Virus record (IMG/VR): IMGVR_UViG_3300016265_000433
Span: 1 to 28,760 of that record
Origin: a virus
Lineage: Duplodnaviria > Caudoviricetes
DNA length: 28,760 bases
Strand: one strand, 5' to 3'
A model generated the notes under the pieces. It saw only the letters and a program-made list of their open reading frames with translations. It was not told the DNA's origin and ran no database searches. Made by a program: the position numbers and the translations under genes. Below are positions 17,875 through 24,728 of this stretch, in pieces. Position 1 is the stretch's first letter. Each line of letters starts with the position of its first letter.

Positions 17875-18150
17875 TCAGCACTTCACGTCCCAACGCTTCA
17901 GAGCGAGGTTGATGCGGGAATTGGGGTCGTGCGCCGTCTTGGCCGATGTGAGTTTGTCCTTCATCCCGCACATCCTGGTGCGGAAGTTCTCACGGCGCTG
18001 CGCGGCCTCGGGGCTACGCTTCGCTTCTTCGGAAGTGACGGGACGCTTGATGTTATGGCCCTCGGCGCGGAGCGAGGCGCGGCCCTTTTCGTTCAGGCCA
18101 CCCGACTTGCTCTTTCCTTCGGAACGCTGCCAAGCCGGTGATTTCGCCAT
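17875..18150 (-). CDS. Small basic conserved phage protein (DUF6321-like)
   Basis: MAKSPAWQRSEGK..GGLNEKGRAS..RR.NF.TRM.GMK.KLTSAKTA.DPNSRIN.AL..W..C. Confidence 0.7.
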   Translation of the reverse strand: MAKSPAWQRSEGKSKSGGLNEKGRASLRAEGHNIKRPVTSEEAKRSPEAAQRRENFRTRMCGMKDKLTSAKTAHDPNSRINLALKRWDVKC

Positions 18151-18157
18151 GTCACAC

Positions 18158-18418
18158 CTATCGAGAGGTCCGTTCTTCGATCAGTTTAACACGAACCTTG
18201 AGATCGTGAATGTCATTATAGATCTCTTCCTTAAGCTTATGCCGACGCTCAGCCGAAATCGGACTGTCTGTCGGGACGCCCTCGGGCGAAATCAGCGCGG
18301 GCATTTTGCCCTCGAGGCTGATCAGCCGCTCGTTAAAGGAAGAAACCTGACCAAGAAGCCATGCAATGGCGGCCACCAGGACGGGCAACAGAGCCTTGAG
18401 AATGTCTGCCCAGTTCAT
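18158..18418 (-). CDS. Single-TM coiled-coil hypothetical protein
   Basis: 86 aa with an N-terminal hydrophobic helix, LLPVLVAAIAWLLG. Confidence 0.65.
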   Translation of the reverse strand: MNWADILKALLPVLVAAIAWLLGQVSSFNERLISLEGKMPALISPEGVPTDSPISAERRHKLKEEIYNDIHDLKVRVKLIEERTSR

Positions 18419-18433
18419 GGAAGCCCCCTATAC

Positions 18434-18456
18434 GAGAAGGGGGGCCGAAGCCCCCC
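18434..18456 (-). terminator. Terminator-like hairpin with cUUCGg tetraloop
   Basis: Minus strand reads GGGGGGC-UUCG-GCCCCCC then UUCUC, just after the stop at 18465. The U tract is weak. Confidence 0.6.
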
Positions 18457-18464
18457 GACCCATA

Positions 18465-18773
18465 TTAGTCGATCTGAACCGCGTGGCGGCCCTTGGCGGG
18501 CGTACCAGAGCGGGCCGACGAGAACGGGTTGGCCGTGGCGTTCGCACGACCGCCGCTCTTGCGGGCCTTACGACCGGCGTGAGCCTTGGCGAGGCCCTCG
18601 GGCATCTTGCCCACGGCCTTCTTCGCCACCTTGCCGCCGCGCTTACGCTCTTCGGCTTCCTCGTTCACCTTCGACTGATAGGTGTAACGCTGGTTCTTGG
18701 TGGCGAGATCCTCGTCATACGCACGGGTGCCGGAGGTTTCCCCGCCAGCGGCGCGATGCTTGCGACCCTTCAT
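18465..18773 (-). CDS. Small basic protein with three R-x-x-GG motifs
   Basis: 102 aa with RAAGG, RKRGG and RKSGG motifs. Purine-rich RBS (GGAGAAGGA). Confidence 0.75.
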   Translation of the reverse strand: MKGRKHRAAGGETSGTRAYDEDLATKNQRYTYQSKVNEEAEERKRGGKVAKKAVGKMPEGLAKAHAGRKARKSGGRANATANPFSSARSGTPAKGRHAVQID

Positions 18774-18784
18774 GGTCCTTCTCC

Positions 18785-19243
18785 TTACTGCTGGACGTAG
18801 AGGACGGTCACAACGACGTAGCCGGTCGTCGGAGCCGTGCCCCCGCTCGGGGTGACAGTGACGACAACCGGGGCGGTCGTCGGCGCGGCGGTGCCCGTGG
18901 TGGTCACACCGTTCATGGCGGCAAGCTGGGCAGCCGTGAAGGTGATGGCCGCACGACCAGCCGTCTTGGCGTCGATCGAGCCGACATACTGAGTGCCAGC
19001 GGCAGCAGTGCCGATGGTCAGTGTGGCGGTCGTCGCGTTGTTCCAGGCGGTCAGAACGTCAATGTTGAAGCTGACGATCCGAGAGCCCGCCGGGATGTAC
19101 AGCGTCTTCGAGACAGCGGTAGCGCCGTTCTGGGTGAGAGCCGTAGCCTGGGTGAGAAGCGCGATGCCCTGGTTGGGACCGTCCGTCTCGCCCTGCTGAA
19201 GATCACCCGAAACAACCGGCCCGCTGAAGTGGGTAGCACCCAT
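18785..19243 (-). CDS. Putative capsid decoration / minor head protein
   Basis: 152 aa. MGATHFSGPV..IPAGSRI..DVLTAWN..LTIGT. Directly follows the capsid gene; AAGGAG RBS. Confidence 0.6.
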   Translation of the reverse strand: MGATHFSGPVVSGDLQQGETDGPNQGIALLTQATALTQNGATAVSKTLYIPAGSRIVSFNIDVLTAWNNATTATLTIGTAAAGTQYVGSIDAKTAGRAAITFTAAQLAAMNGVTTTGTAAPTTAPVVVTVTPSGGTAPTTGYVVVTVLYVQQ

Positions 19244-19267
19244 AATGTTGCTCCTTCTTCAGTGAAG

Positions 19268-19293
19268 TCCCCTCCCCAGTTAAGGGGAGGGGA
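19268..19293 (-). terminator. Strong hairpin after the major capsid gene (attenuator or mRNA stabiliser)
   Basis: Perfect 10-bp inverted repeat TCCCCTCCCC / GGGGAGGGGA with a 6-nt loop. No good U tract. Confidence 0.5.
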
Positions 19294-19303
19294 ACCAAGC
19301 CGA

Positions 19304-20218
19304 TTACGAGGTCGGGAACGACCCGTAGATCGAGCGCCAGTTGTAGTAACCGAACGAATAACGCTCGTAACCCTTGACAAGCAGATTATCTGTCACGAAG
19401 TCAACCTGCATATCCGTCTCGAACTTGACACGTTCCATGTAGGAAAGGCCGTCAATGTTCGTCAACAGGAACCACGCATACTGCGAGGTCAGGAAGTCGT
19501 TGACCATGTAACCTTCGGGAAGGCCACCGCTAGTCGAGAGCACAGCGTTAACGTCGTTATCCGCAGTACCCGGACGAAGTTCCGTCTTGGTGAGGCGGAT
19601 CGCGACCGGCTCAAGCTGCGGCGGAACCACAAGCTTACGAGCGCGGGCGAAGACCTTCAGGCCGGCCTGGTCCTTGAAGTTCGTGCGGACGGAGATCATG
19701 CCGTTCAGCAGCGTAGCTTCGTTCAGGTCCACGTCGGTCGTCGGACGGTTCGCCACCGTGCCGCCGTCGATCGGATGGGCCGTGGAGCAGAGCGCCACGC
19801 CGTCACCGCCGATGGAGGCATTGTAGGTCGTCGCCGTGTTGAGCACGTTCGCGCCGTAGATTTCCTTGGTCTGCTGGAAGCTCTCGATCAGACCGAGGTT
19901 CGACGGGTGGAACTGGGTCTTGTACAGGTTATCGTCGATCGCCTTGCGGGTGATCGCGTAACCCAGGGCAATCTCAGTGTGCTCCTGGTTGTACACGAAC
20001 CGCTCGCCAGCCGAGTTGTCGAACGCGGTCTGGCCGCCTTCGGTCTTAAGCTGGGCGAGGCCGAGGTAACGCATTTCAGCGGTACGCTCGAGCGCCATCT
20101 TCGAGTCGTGCTTCGTGAAGATCTTGTCGTACTGCGACGGGATCTGCTCGTACTTGCCCTCGACACCACGGAGGCCAGGAAGCAGCAGATCCTTAATGGC
20201 GGAAAGATTAACAGCCAT
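19304..20218 (-). CDS. Major capsid protein (HK97 fold, Mu gpT-like family)
   Basis: 304 aa. LLLPGL..LAQLKTEG..HTEIALGYAIT..DNLY..ANVLN..GGDGVALCSTAHP..KLVVPPQL..PGTADNDVNA..AWFLLT..ERYSFG. AAGGAG RBS. Confidence 0.88.
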   Translation of the reverse strand: MAVNLSAIKDLLLPGLRGVEGKYEQIPSQYDKIFTKHDSKMALERTAEMRYLGLAQLKTEGGQTAFDNSAGERFVYNQEHTEIALGYAITRKAIDDNLYKTQFHPSNLGLIESFQQTKEIYGANVLNTATTYNASIGGDGVALCSTAHPIDGGTVANRPTTDVDLNEATLLNGMISVRTNFKDQAGLKVFARARKLVVPPQLEPVAIRLTKTELRPGTADNDVNAVLSTSGGLPEGYMVNDFLTSQYAWFLLTNIDGLSYMERVKFETDMQVDFVTDNLLVKGYERYSFGYYNWRSIYGSFPTS

Positions 20219-20231
20219 TGTCCGTTACTCC

Positions 20232-20864
20232 TTAGCTGATGCCCGTGGGGCCAGCGCCGTTCGACCGGAAGATCTCGTTGTTGAAGCCAACGACGATCTG
20301 CGGGTAGTTGGTGCTGGGGTCCGTGCCGTTCGCGCCCGGAGGAGCGAGGACATAGTCCACGATGATGAAGGGGAAGGTGACAGTCGTGCCGACCGACGAG
20401 ATGTAAGCCGCCGACTGGCCCGTGTTGGTGTTGCCCGTACCAATGGTAAACTGGGCATACTGGCCGATCGGGAGGCTGTCGATCGTCGAAGCCGTGGCAC
20501 TCGCGTTGTAGAACGAAGCGCCCGTCGCCTGGACGAGGAACCGCGCATTCGGGTCGTCGATGACATAAGCCTCGACATCGCCCGTGGCGTCAGCGCCGGG
20601 CCAGTAACGGCTCCAGACGGTGCGCTTCTGGGAGGTGCTGAGATACTTGCAGCCAACGAAGATGCCCGCCAGCGTGGTCGTGCCGGCAGCGCCCTGGGTG
20701 ATGTAACCGTTGGCCGTGCCAACGACCGGCATCACCGGATCGCCGAAGAAGATCTTGGTGGTGTTCGACGCAGCGATACGACGAGCAGACTGGCTGAACG
20801 TCGGAGCGCCGCCGGCCCCACCGTAGAACTGAAGAAAGCCGAAGGGGGAATTGGTATTCGCCAC
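20232..20864 (-). CDS. Capsid cement / auxiliary head protein
   Basis: GTG start with AAGGAG RBS. ANTNSPFGF..IFFGDPV..GIFVGCKY..YWPG..AYVIDDPNARFLVQ. Directly upstream of the MCP gene. Confidence 0.65.
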   Translation of the reverse strand: MANTNSPFGFLQFYGGAGGAPTFSQSARRIAASNTTKIFFGDPVMPVVGTANGYITQGAAGTTTLAGIFVGCKYLSTSQKRTVWSRYWPGADATGDVEAYVIDDPNARFLVQATGASFYNASATASTIDSLPIGQYAQFTIGTGNTNTGQSAAYISSVGTTVTFPFIIVDYVLAPPGANGTDPSTNYPQIVVGFNNEIFRSNGAGPTGIS

Positions 20865-20894
20865 GACGGGACTCCTTTTCAGGAAGCGCCATCA

Positions 20895-20951
20895 TCGCAC
20901 ACCGGGGCGACTAGATCGCTGGATCGGTTTACTCCTCACGCCGGGGAGGAG
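20895..20951 (-). promoter_or_regulatory. Two tandem stem-loops with near-identical 8-nt loops in the capsid operon leader
   Basis: CUCCUC-CCCGGCGU-GAGGAG (20932-20951) and UCGC-CCCGGUGU-GCGA (20895-20910). Confidence 0.55.
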
Positions 20952-20958
20952 ATGATCC

Positions 20959-20986
20959 ACCTTATACCCATTTTTCAAACGTGCAA
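20959..20986 (-). promoter_or_regulatory. Sigma70-like promoter for the capsid operon
   Basis: TTGCAC-N16-TAAGGT in an AT-rich patch just downstream of a terminator hairpin. Confidence 0.5.
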
Positions 20987-20996
20987 ATGGTTTTCT

Positions 20997-21033
20997 AAAT
21001 AACCAGGGGCCGCAAGATTGCCCCTGCGGCCCC
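20997..21033 (-). terminator. Intrinsic terminator-like hairpin
   Basis: GGGGCCGCAGGG-GCAA-UCUUGCGGCCCC: 12-bp stem with two G-U pairs and a GNRA loop, followed by UGGUUAUUU. Confidence 0.65.
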
Positions 21034-21057
21034 CATTACGGTCGATAAACAGGTCGC

Positions 21058-21672
21058 TTACTTGTCGTCAGGGATCGGCATGGGCTCATAGCCCTTGTTG
21101 ATCTTCGGTCGAACCTGGGAATGCTCACGACCAAACTGGCCCTCGGGGGCCGACGCAAGCTGCTGTTCGCGCACCCGGACACGCTCCCGGGCCTCGCGGA
21201 GGTCACGACGCCGGAACTCTTCGGTGATCATGGCCGGGCGCTGCATCAGGATCATGCCCTTACGCTCGATGTGCGCGTAATTGCCCTTCGGCATCATCTC
21301 GGGATGCCTGGAGGCCGGCACCTCTTCCCAACCCGTGCGGCGAAGGTGCGTCATGTAGGTGTGGTCGATCGCGCCCAGGACCGAATGACGCTTCCATTCG
21401 TAGGTCCAGCCGTCCGGGATCGCCGAGGGGTCGATCCAGAACTCGTCATTGCCGGCATCGGCATCACCGATGTGGCCCATGATCTCCCTGGCGCGGCGCT
21501 CAGCGGCGGCTCGAGGGTCTTCATCCCGCAGCGGATCCCGCATCGGACGACGCTCGGGTCCGTTACTAAGTTCCAGCGGTACTTCGTCACGGATTTCGGG
21601 GGCGGCCTCGCGGTTCTTGGGCGGACGGCCTCGGCGGCGCGGGGCGGCGGTTTCGTTATCGCTCATATCCAA
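21058..21672 (-). CDS. Conserved head-module protein of unknown function
   Basis: IPDGWTYEWKRHSVLG..RRTGWEEVPASRHPEM..IERKGMILM.RP. Lies between the scaffold and capsid genes; AGGAG RBS. Confidence 0.75.
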   Translation of the reverse strand: MDMSDNETAAPRRRGRPPKNREAAPEIRDEVPLELSNGPERRPMRDPLRDEDPRAAAERRAREIMGHIGDADAGNDEFWIDPSAIPDGWTYEWKRHSVLGAIDHTYMTHLRRTGWEEVPASRHPEMMPKGNYAHIERKGMILMQRPAMITEEFRRRDLREARERVRVREQQLASAPEGQFGREHSQVRPKINKGYEPMPIPDDK

Positions 21673-21677
21673 TCTCC

Positions 21678-22562
21678 TTAGTGAGTGATCTTGCCCTCTT
21701 TCATGAGCGCCAGGCGCTCACGGGCGTATTCTTCGGGGCTCATGCCCATCATCTGGGCCATTTCGCGCTGCTCAGCCGTCAGGCGGACGACCTTGGAGCC
21801 GTTCGCGCCCGAGTTACGGCTAACCGGGGCCGCCGGAGGGGCAGCGCGGCGCTGTGCCGGGGCCGCAGCCGCCGACATCGGGCTTTCCGCAGCCTCGACG
21901 GTCGATTTCCGCACACCGAGGATGCCTTCGACATAGTCGAAGTAGTCCGCAGTGTCGGGCTGGATGCCATCAGCCACCGCCAGGTTGTGCGCGGCGACCA
22001 TTTTCTGGTTGAGGCGGGGGTTCGTGACGTACTGGGGGTTCCGGCGCACCCAATCAGCCGACTGGGGCGACAGTTGCCGGGCAAAAGCCTCGACCGGATC
22101 CACCTGGGGCGGAGCCGGGGGAGCCTGGCGGGGGCGCTGTTCCATCGCCTGCCGGCCATTTTCAAGCTGGAGAAGCTTCGCCGCGTTAAGCGACATGGCT
22201 TCCTGGATCTCGGCAGCCCGATCGTAATCGTTCATCGCCATCGCATTGCGATATTCGGCTTTGAGGATGTTCGTCTCGGTCCTGACCGTGTTGATCGCGC
22301 TCTCGACCAGTCGAAGGTTGGTGTCCTCGACCTCGTTCGACGCCTGGTGGGCCTGCTGCTGGGCCTCGAAGAAGCGCCGCTCGGCATCCATACGGGCCGC
22401 CCGCTCTTCCTCGTACTTGCGCTTGAACTCGGCCAGGCCGTCTTCGGCGCTGACCTCGCGCCTCGGCTCGCCGGCATCGTCCTCTACGACGATCTCCGGC
22501 TTGGTTTCGGCAGCCTCGGGGGCCTCCTCGACCTCGATCTCAATCTTCTCTTCATCAGCCAT
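21678..22562 (-). CDS. Capsid scaffolding protein
   Basis: Acidic N-terminus, coiled coil, DWVRRNP, and C-terminal VRLTAEQREMAQMMGMSPEEYAR capsid-binding-type motif. Confidence 0.75.
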   Translation of the reverse strand: MADEEKIEIEVEEAPEAAETKPEIVVEDDAGEPRREVSAEDGLAEFKRKYEEERAARMDAERRFFEAQQQAHQASNEVEDTNLRLVESAINTVRTETNILKAEYRNAMAMNDYDRAAEIQEAMSLNAAKLLQLENGRQAMEQRPRQAPPAPPQVDPVEAFARQLSPQSADWVRRNPQYVTNPRLNQKMVAAHNLAVADGIQPDTADYFDYVEGILGVRKSTVEAAESPMSAAAAPAQRRAAPPAAPVSRNSGANGSKVVRLTAEQREMAQMMGMSPEEYARERLALMKEGKITH

Positions 22563-22573
22563 ATCTTATCTCC

Positions 22574-22966
22574 TCACCAAACCCGGTCGGGATGATCGAC
22601 CTTGCCCTTGATCGAGGTGTCCTCGAGCATCCGGCACAGGACGTTGTTGACCGTGACCGACCAGCCGTCGCTGGCGCGGTGAACAATCCAGTCCCCCACG
22701 TCAACATTGACGTTCTTGAACCACTGATCCTTCTCGTCCACGAACGCCGAGGGGCCTTTCTTCAGCACCAGGCCGACCTTGGACTGGTAGCGATCCTCGT
22801 CGGTCGTTTTGTCGGTCAGATAAAGGCCGGATTTCGTGCGCTGGGGGCGGATGTACACGGCAACCAGCACCTGGGTGTTGAAGACATCCACGTTTGAGAT
22901 GTCCCCAATCTCCTCGAGGATCTTCTTCCTGGGGTCTTCTTCGTGTTCCATGATCATAAACGGCAT
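22574..22966 (-). CDS. groES: Co-chaperonin GroES (Cpn10)
   Basis: QVLV..RTKSGLYL mobile loop, GLVLKKGP, VDVGDWI, RMLEDTSIKGKV. ATG at 22966 follows AAGGTG; an alternative GTG start lies at 22975. Confidence 0.88.
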   Translation of the reverse strand: MPFMIMEHEEDPRKKILEEIGDISNVDVFNTQVLVAVYIRPQRTKSGLYLTDKTTDEDRYQSKVGLVLKKGPSAFVDEKDQWFKNVNVDVGDWIVHRASDGWSVTVNNVLCRMLEDTSIKGKVDHPDRVW

Positions 22967-22990
22967 AACATTCACCTTGTATGTATAGAG

Positions 22991-23194
22991 TTAACGGTTT
23001 CTCTGGTCTGAACGCTGTTTTGCGTCTTCTATCAAGTCCTCCATAGATCTAAGACCAGCTATCTGGCCCATTATAAAGCGAAATGAGGCCACGTCTTCAA
23101 AGACGTTCACGGCCAATTGCTCCTTAAGGCGCTCGATCTCGAGCACAATAAGCTTCTTGATCTCTATCTCTAGCTGGGTGGCCTGGGTCAGCAT
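22991..23194 (-). CDS. Small coiled-coil hypothetical protein
   Basis: 67 aa with FRFIMGQIAGL, a type commonly found just before phage GroES. Visibly AT-richer than neighbours. Confidence 0.7.
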   Translation of the reverse strand: MLTQATQLEIEIKKLIVLEIERLKEQLAVNVFEDVASFRFIMGQIAGLRSMEDLIEDAKQRSDQRNR

Positions 23195-23224
23195 ATCAAT
23201 CTCGTCATCTAATAAGGGTGAAGG

Positions 23225-23261
23225 GGGAAACGACCGGGGGAGGCATACCCGATCGTTTCCC
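23225..23261 (-). promoter_or_regulatory. Intergenic 14-bp hairpin
   Basis: Minus strand GGGAAACGAUCGGG-9 nt-CCCGGUCGUUUCCC with one G-U pair, followed by CCUUC. Confidence 0.5.
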
Positions 23262-23287
23262 GCCTTCGTGCGTCGGCGAGGTGGGGG

Positions 23288-24709
23288 TTACCGACGCTTG
23301 CTCTTCTGGATCTCGGTCTTCTCGAGGCGGCCCTCACCGGATCCAGCGCCCGCATCCATGTCCTTGTAGCTGGAATAGACCTTGCCGCCCTTCTTGTAGG
23401 CCGGCGCGCTCTTGCCGGTCTTGGCAATGTCCGTCTTCTGCAGGCGACCCTCGGCACCACCGGAGCCCGCCTCCATGTCCTTGTAGGACTTGGCGACCTT
23501 GGTGATGCGCCCACCGGACTTGCGCGCCATCGGCGGCATCCCGCCCGGCATCCAGGGTGCGGGAGGATCGACCCAGGCAGGCATCGGCATGCCGCCCATG
23601 GGAGGCGTCGACATGCCCGGAGGAGGCACAGGAACTGGCAGGCCGCCCGGAGGCTTCGGCATCGGCATGTCGCCCATCGGAGCGCCGCCCATGGCCGGCG
23701 CGGGCTTCGTTTGGATCATGATGTTGACGTTCGTGCCGCCCTTCTTGGCGCGCCCGCCAGCCTTGCGCGCCATGCGCTCAGGCTGCGCCTTGCCGCCCTT
23801 TTTCATGCCGGGGATGACCGGGTCGCCCTTGAACTTCAGGTATCCCCCGCCGGCGTACTGTTGCGCCTTGCCGCGCTTGGCGTTCGAGAGGTTTCTCTGG
23901 TGCTCTTCCGTGGAACGCTGTTCCTTCTCGGACGCGCCTTTCTTGCCGTCGGGCATTTCCATCGGGCCGTAGTTGACCTTGCCGCCGTCCTTGCGCGCGG
24001 CGCGCCCGCCGGCCTTGCGACCATGCGCGCCCTCTTCCTGCGCCTTCTGGCGCTGGCGCTGCATCTCCTGCCGCATGCGCTCCTGATCGGCAGCGGAAGG
24101 TTGCTCGCTGGCGTCCTTCTGGGTTGAGAATCCGCTTTGGCCACCATTGTTCTTACCCGTGCGGCCCTTGAGAAGACCGTGGATGGCCGCCGCTTCCTTG
24201 CCACCAATCTTCTGACGCGAAGAGGAGATGGCCTTGTCGACCGCTTCCTTGTCATAATCGGGGCGGTAGACGTTCTCGGGCTTCTTGGTCGCCGTACCAG
24301 ACGACGCGCCGGGTGCCATATCGGCAGGGCCGCCGTCGGCCTTCTTGACGACACCACCCTTCTTCAAAGCGCCGACGTGCTTCACGCCCTCGCGCTCTTC
24401 GTTGGCCGCCTTCGCGTCGCGATTGACCTTGGCAAGCGCGTATTCCTTCGCCTCTGCCTTTTCGCTCTCGACCTTGCCGCCCTTCTTACGCGGCTTGCGA
24501 TCGGCGCGCGGCGCGCAGCTCTCGCCCATGACCTTGCCGCCGGTCTTATAGGCGCGGCGCGAGATCGGACGCATGCCCGTCTTCACGTCAGCGTTGATCG
24601 GCTCTGAAGGCGACCAGTCGCTGCTGTCCACCTTTTCGTCCTTCTGCGAGGACATGGCTTTCGCCTTGTCCCTCATCTTGGCTCGCAGGGTCTTTGCCAT
24701 TTCAGACAT
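23288..24709 (-). CDS. Basic, low-complexity protein with about 13 K/A-x-GG motifs, a Pro/Met-rich tract and a duplicated C-terminal motif
   Basis: 473 aa, GGAG RBS. Motifs include YKTGG, RKKGG, LKKGG, KADGG, RKAGG (twice), RKDGG, MKKGG, RKSGG and YKKGG. SYKDMxAGxGxxEGRLxKTxI occurs twice. Confidence 0.8.
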   Translation of the reverse strand: MSEMAKTLRAKMRDKAKAMSSQKDEKVDSSDWSPSEPINADVKTGMRPISRRAYKTGGKVMGESCAPRADRKPRKKGGKVESEKAEAKEYALAKVNRDAKAANEEREGVKHVGALKKGGVVKKADGGPADMAPGASSGTATKKPENVYRPDYDKEAVDKAISSSRQKIGGKEAAAIHGLLKGRTGKNNGGQSGFSTQKDASEQPSAADQERMRQEMQRQRQKAQEEGAHGRKAGGRAARKDGGKVNYGPMEMPDGKKGASEKEQRSTEEHQRNLSNAKRGKAQQYAGGGYLKFKGDPVIPGMKKGGKAQPERMARKAGGRAKKGGTNVNIMIQTKPAPAMGGAPMGDMPMPKPPGGLPVPVPPPGMSTPPMGGMPMPAWVDPPAPWMPGGMPPMARKSGGRITKVAKSYKDMEAGSGGAEGRLQKTDIAKTGKSAPAYKKGGKVYSSYKDMDAGAGSGEGRLEKTEIQKSKRR

Positions 24710-24728
24710 GCTTTACACTCCGGAGTTA

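Noticed and set aside
10529-20239. Long plus-strand ORFs (10529-11980, 12638-14710, 17909-20239 and others)
   Set aside because: Mostly Arg-rich, without recognisable motifs, and lying opposite well-supported structural genes.
23288-24709. Mimicry of the histone H3 tail (ARKSTGG) or ribosomal L27 N-terminus (AHKKAGG) by RKSGG/RKAGG
   Set aside because: The matches are too short and low-complexity, and acidic or aromatic variants of the motif in other proteins do not fit.
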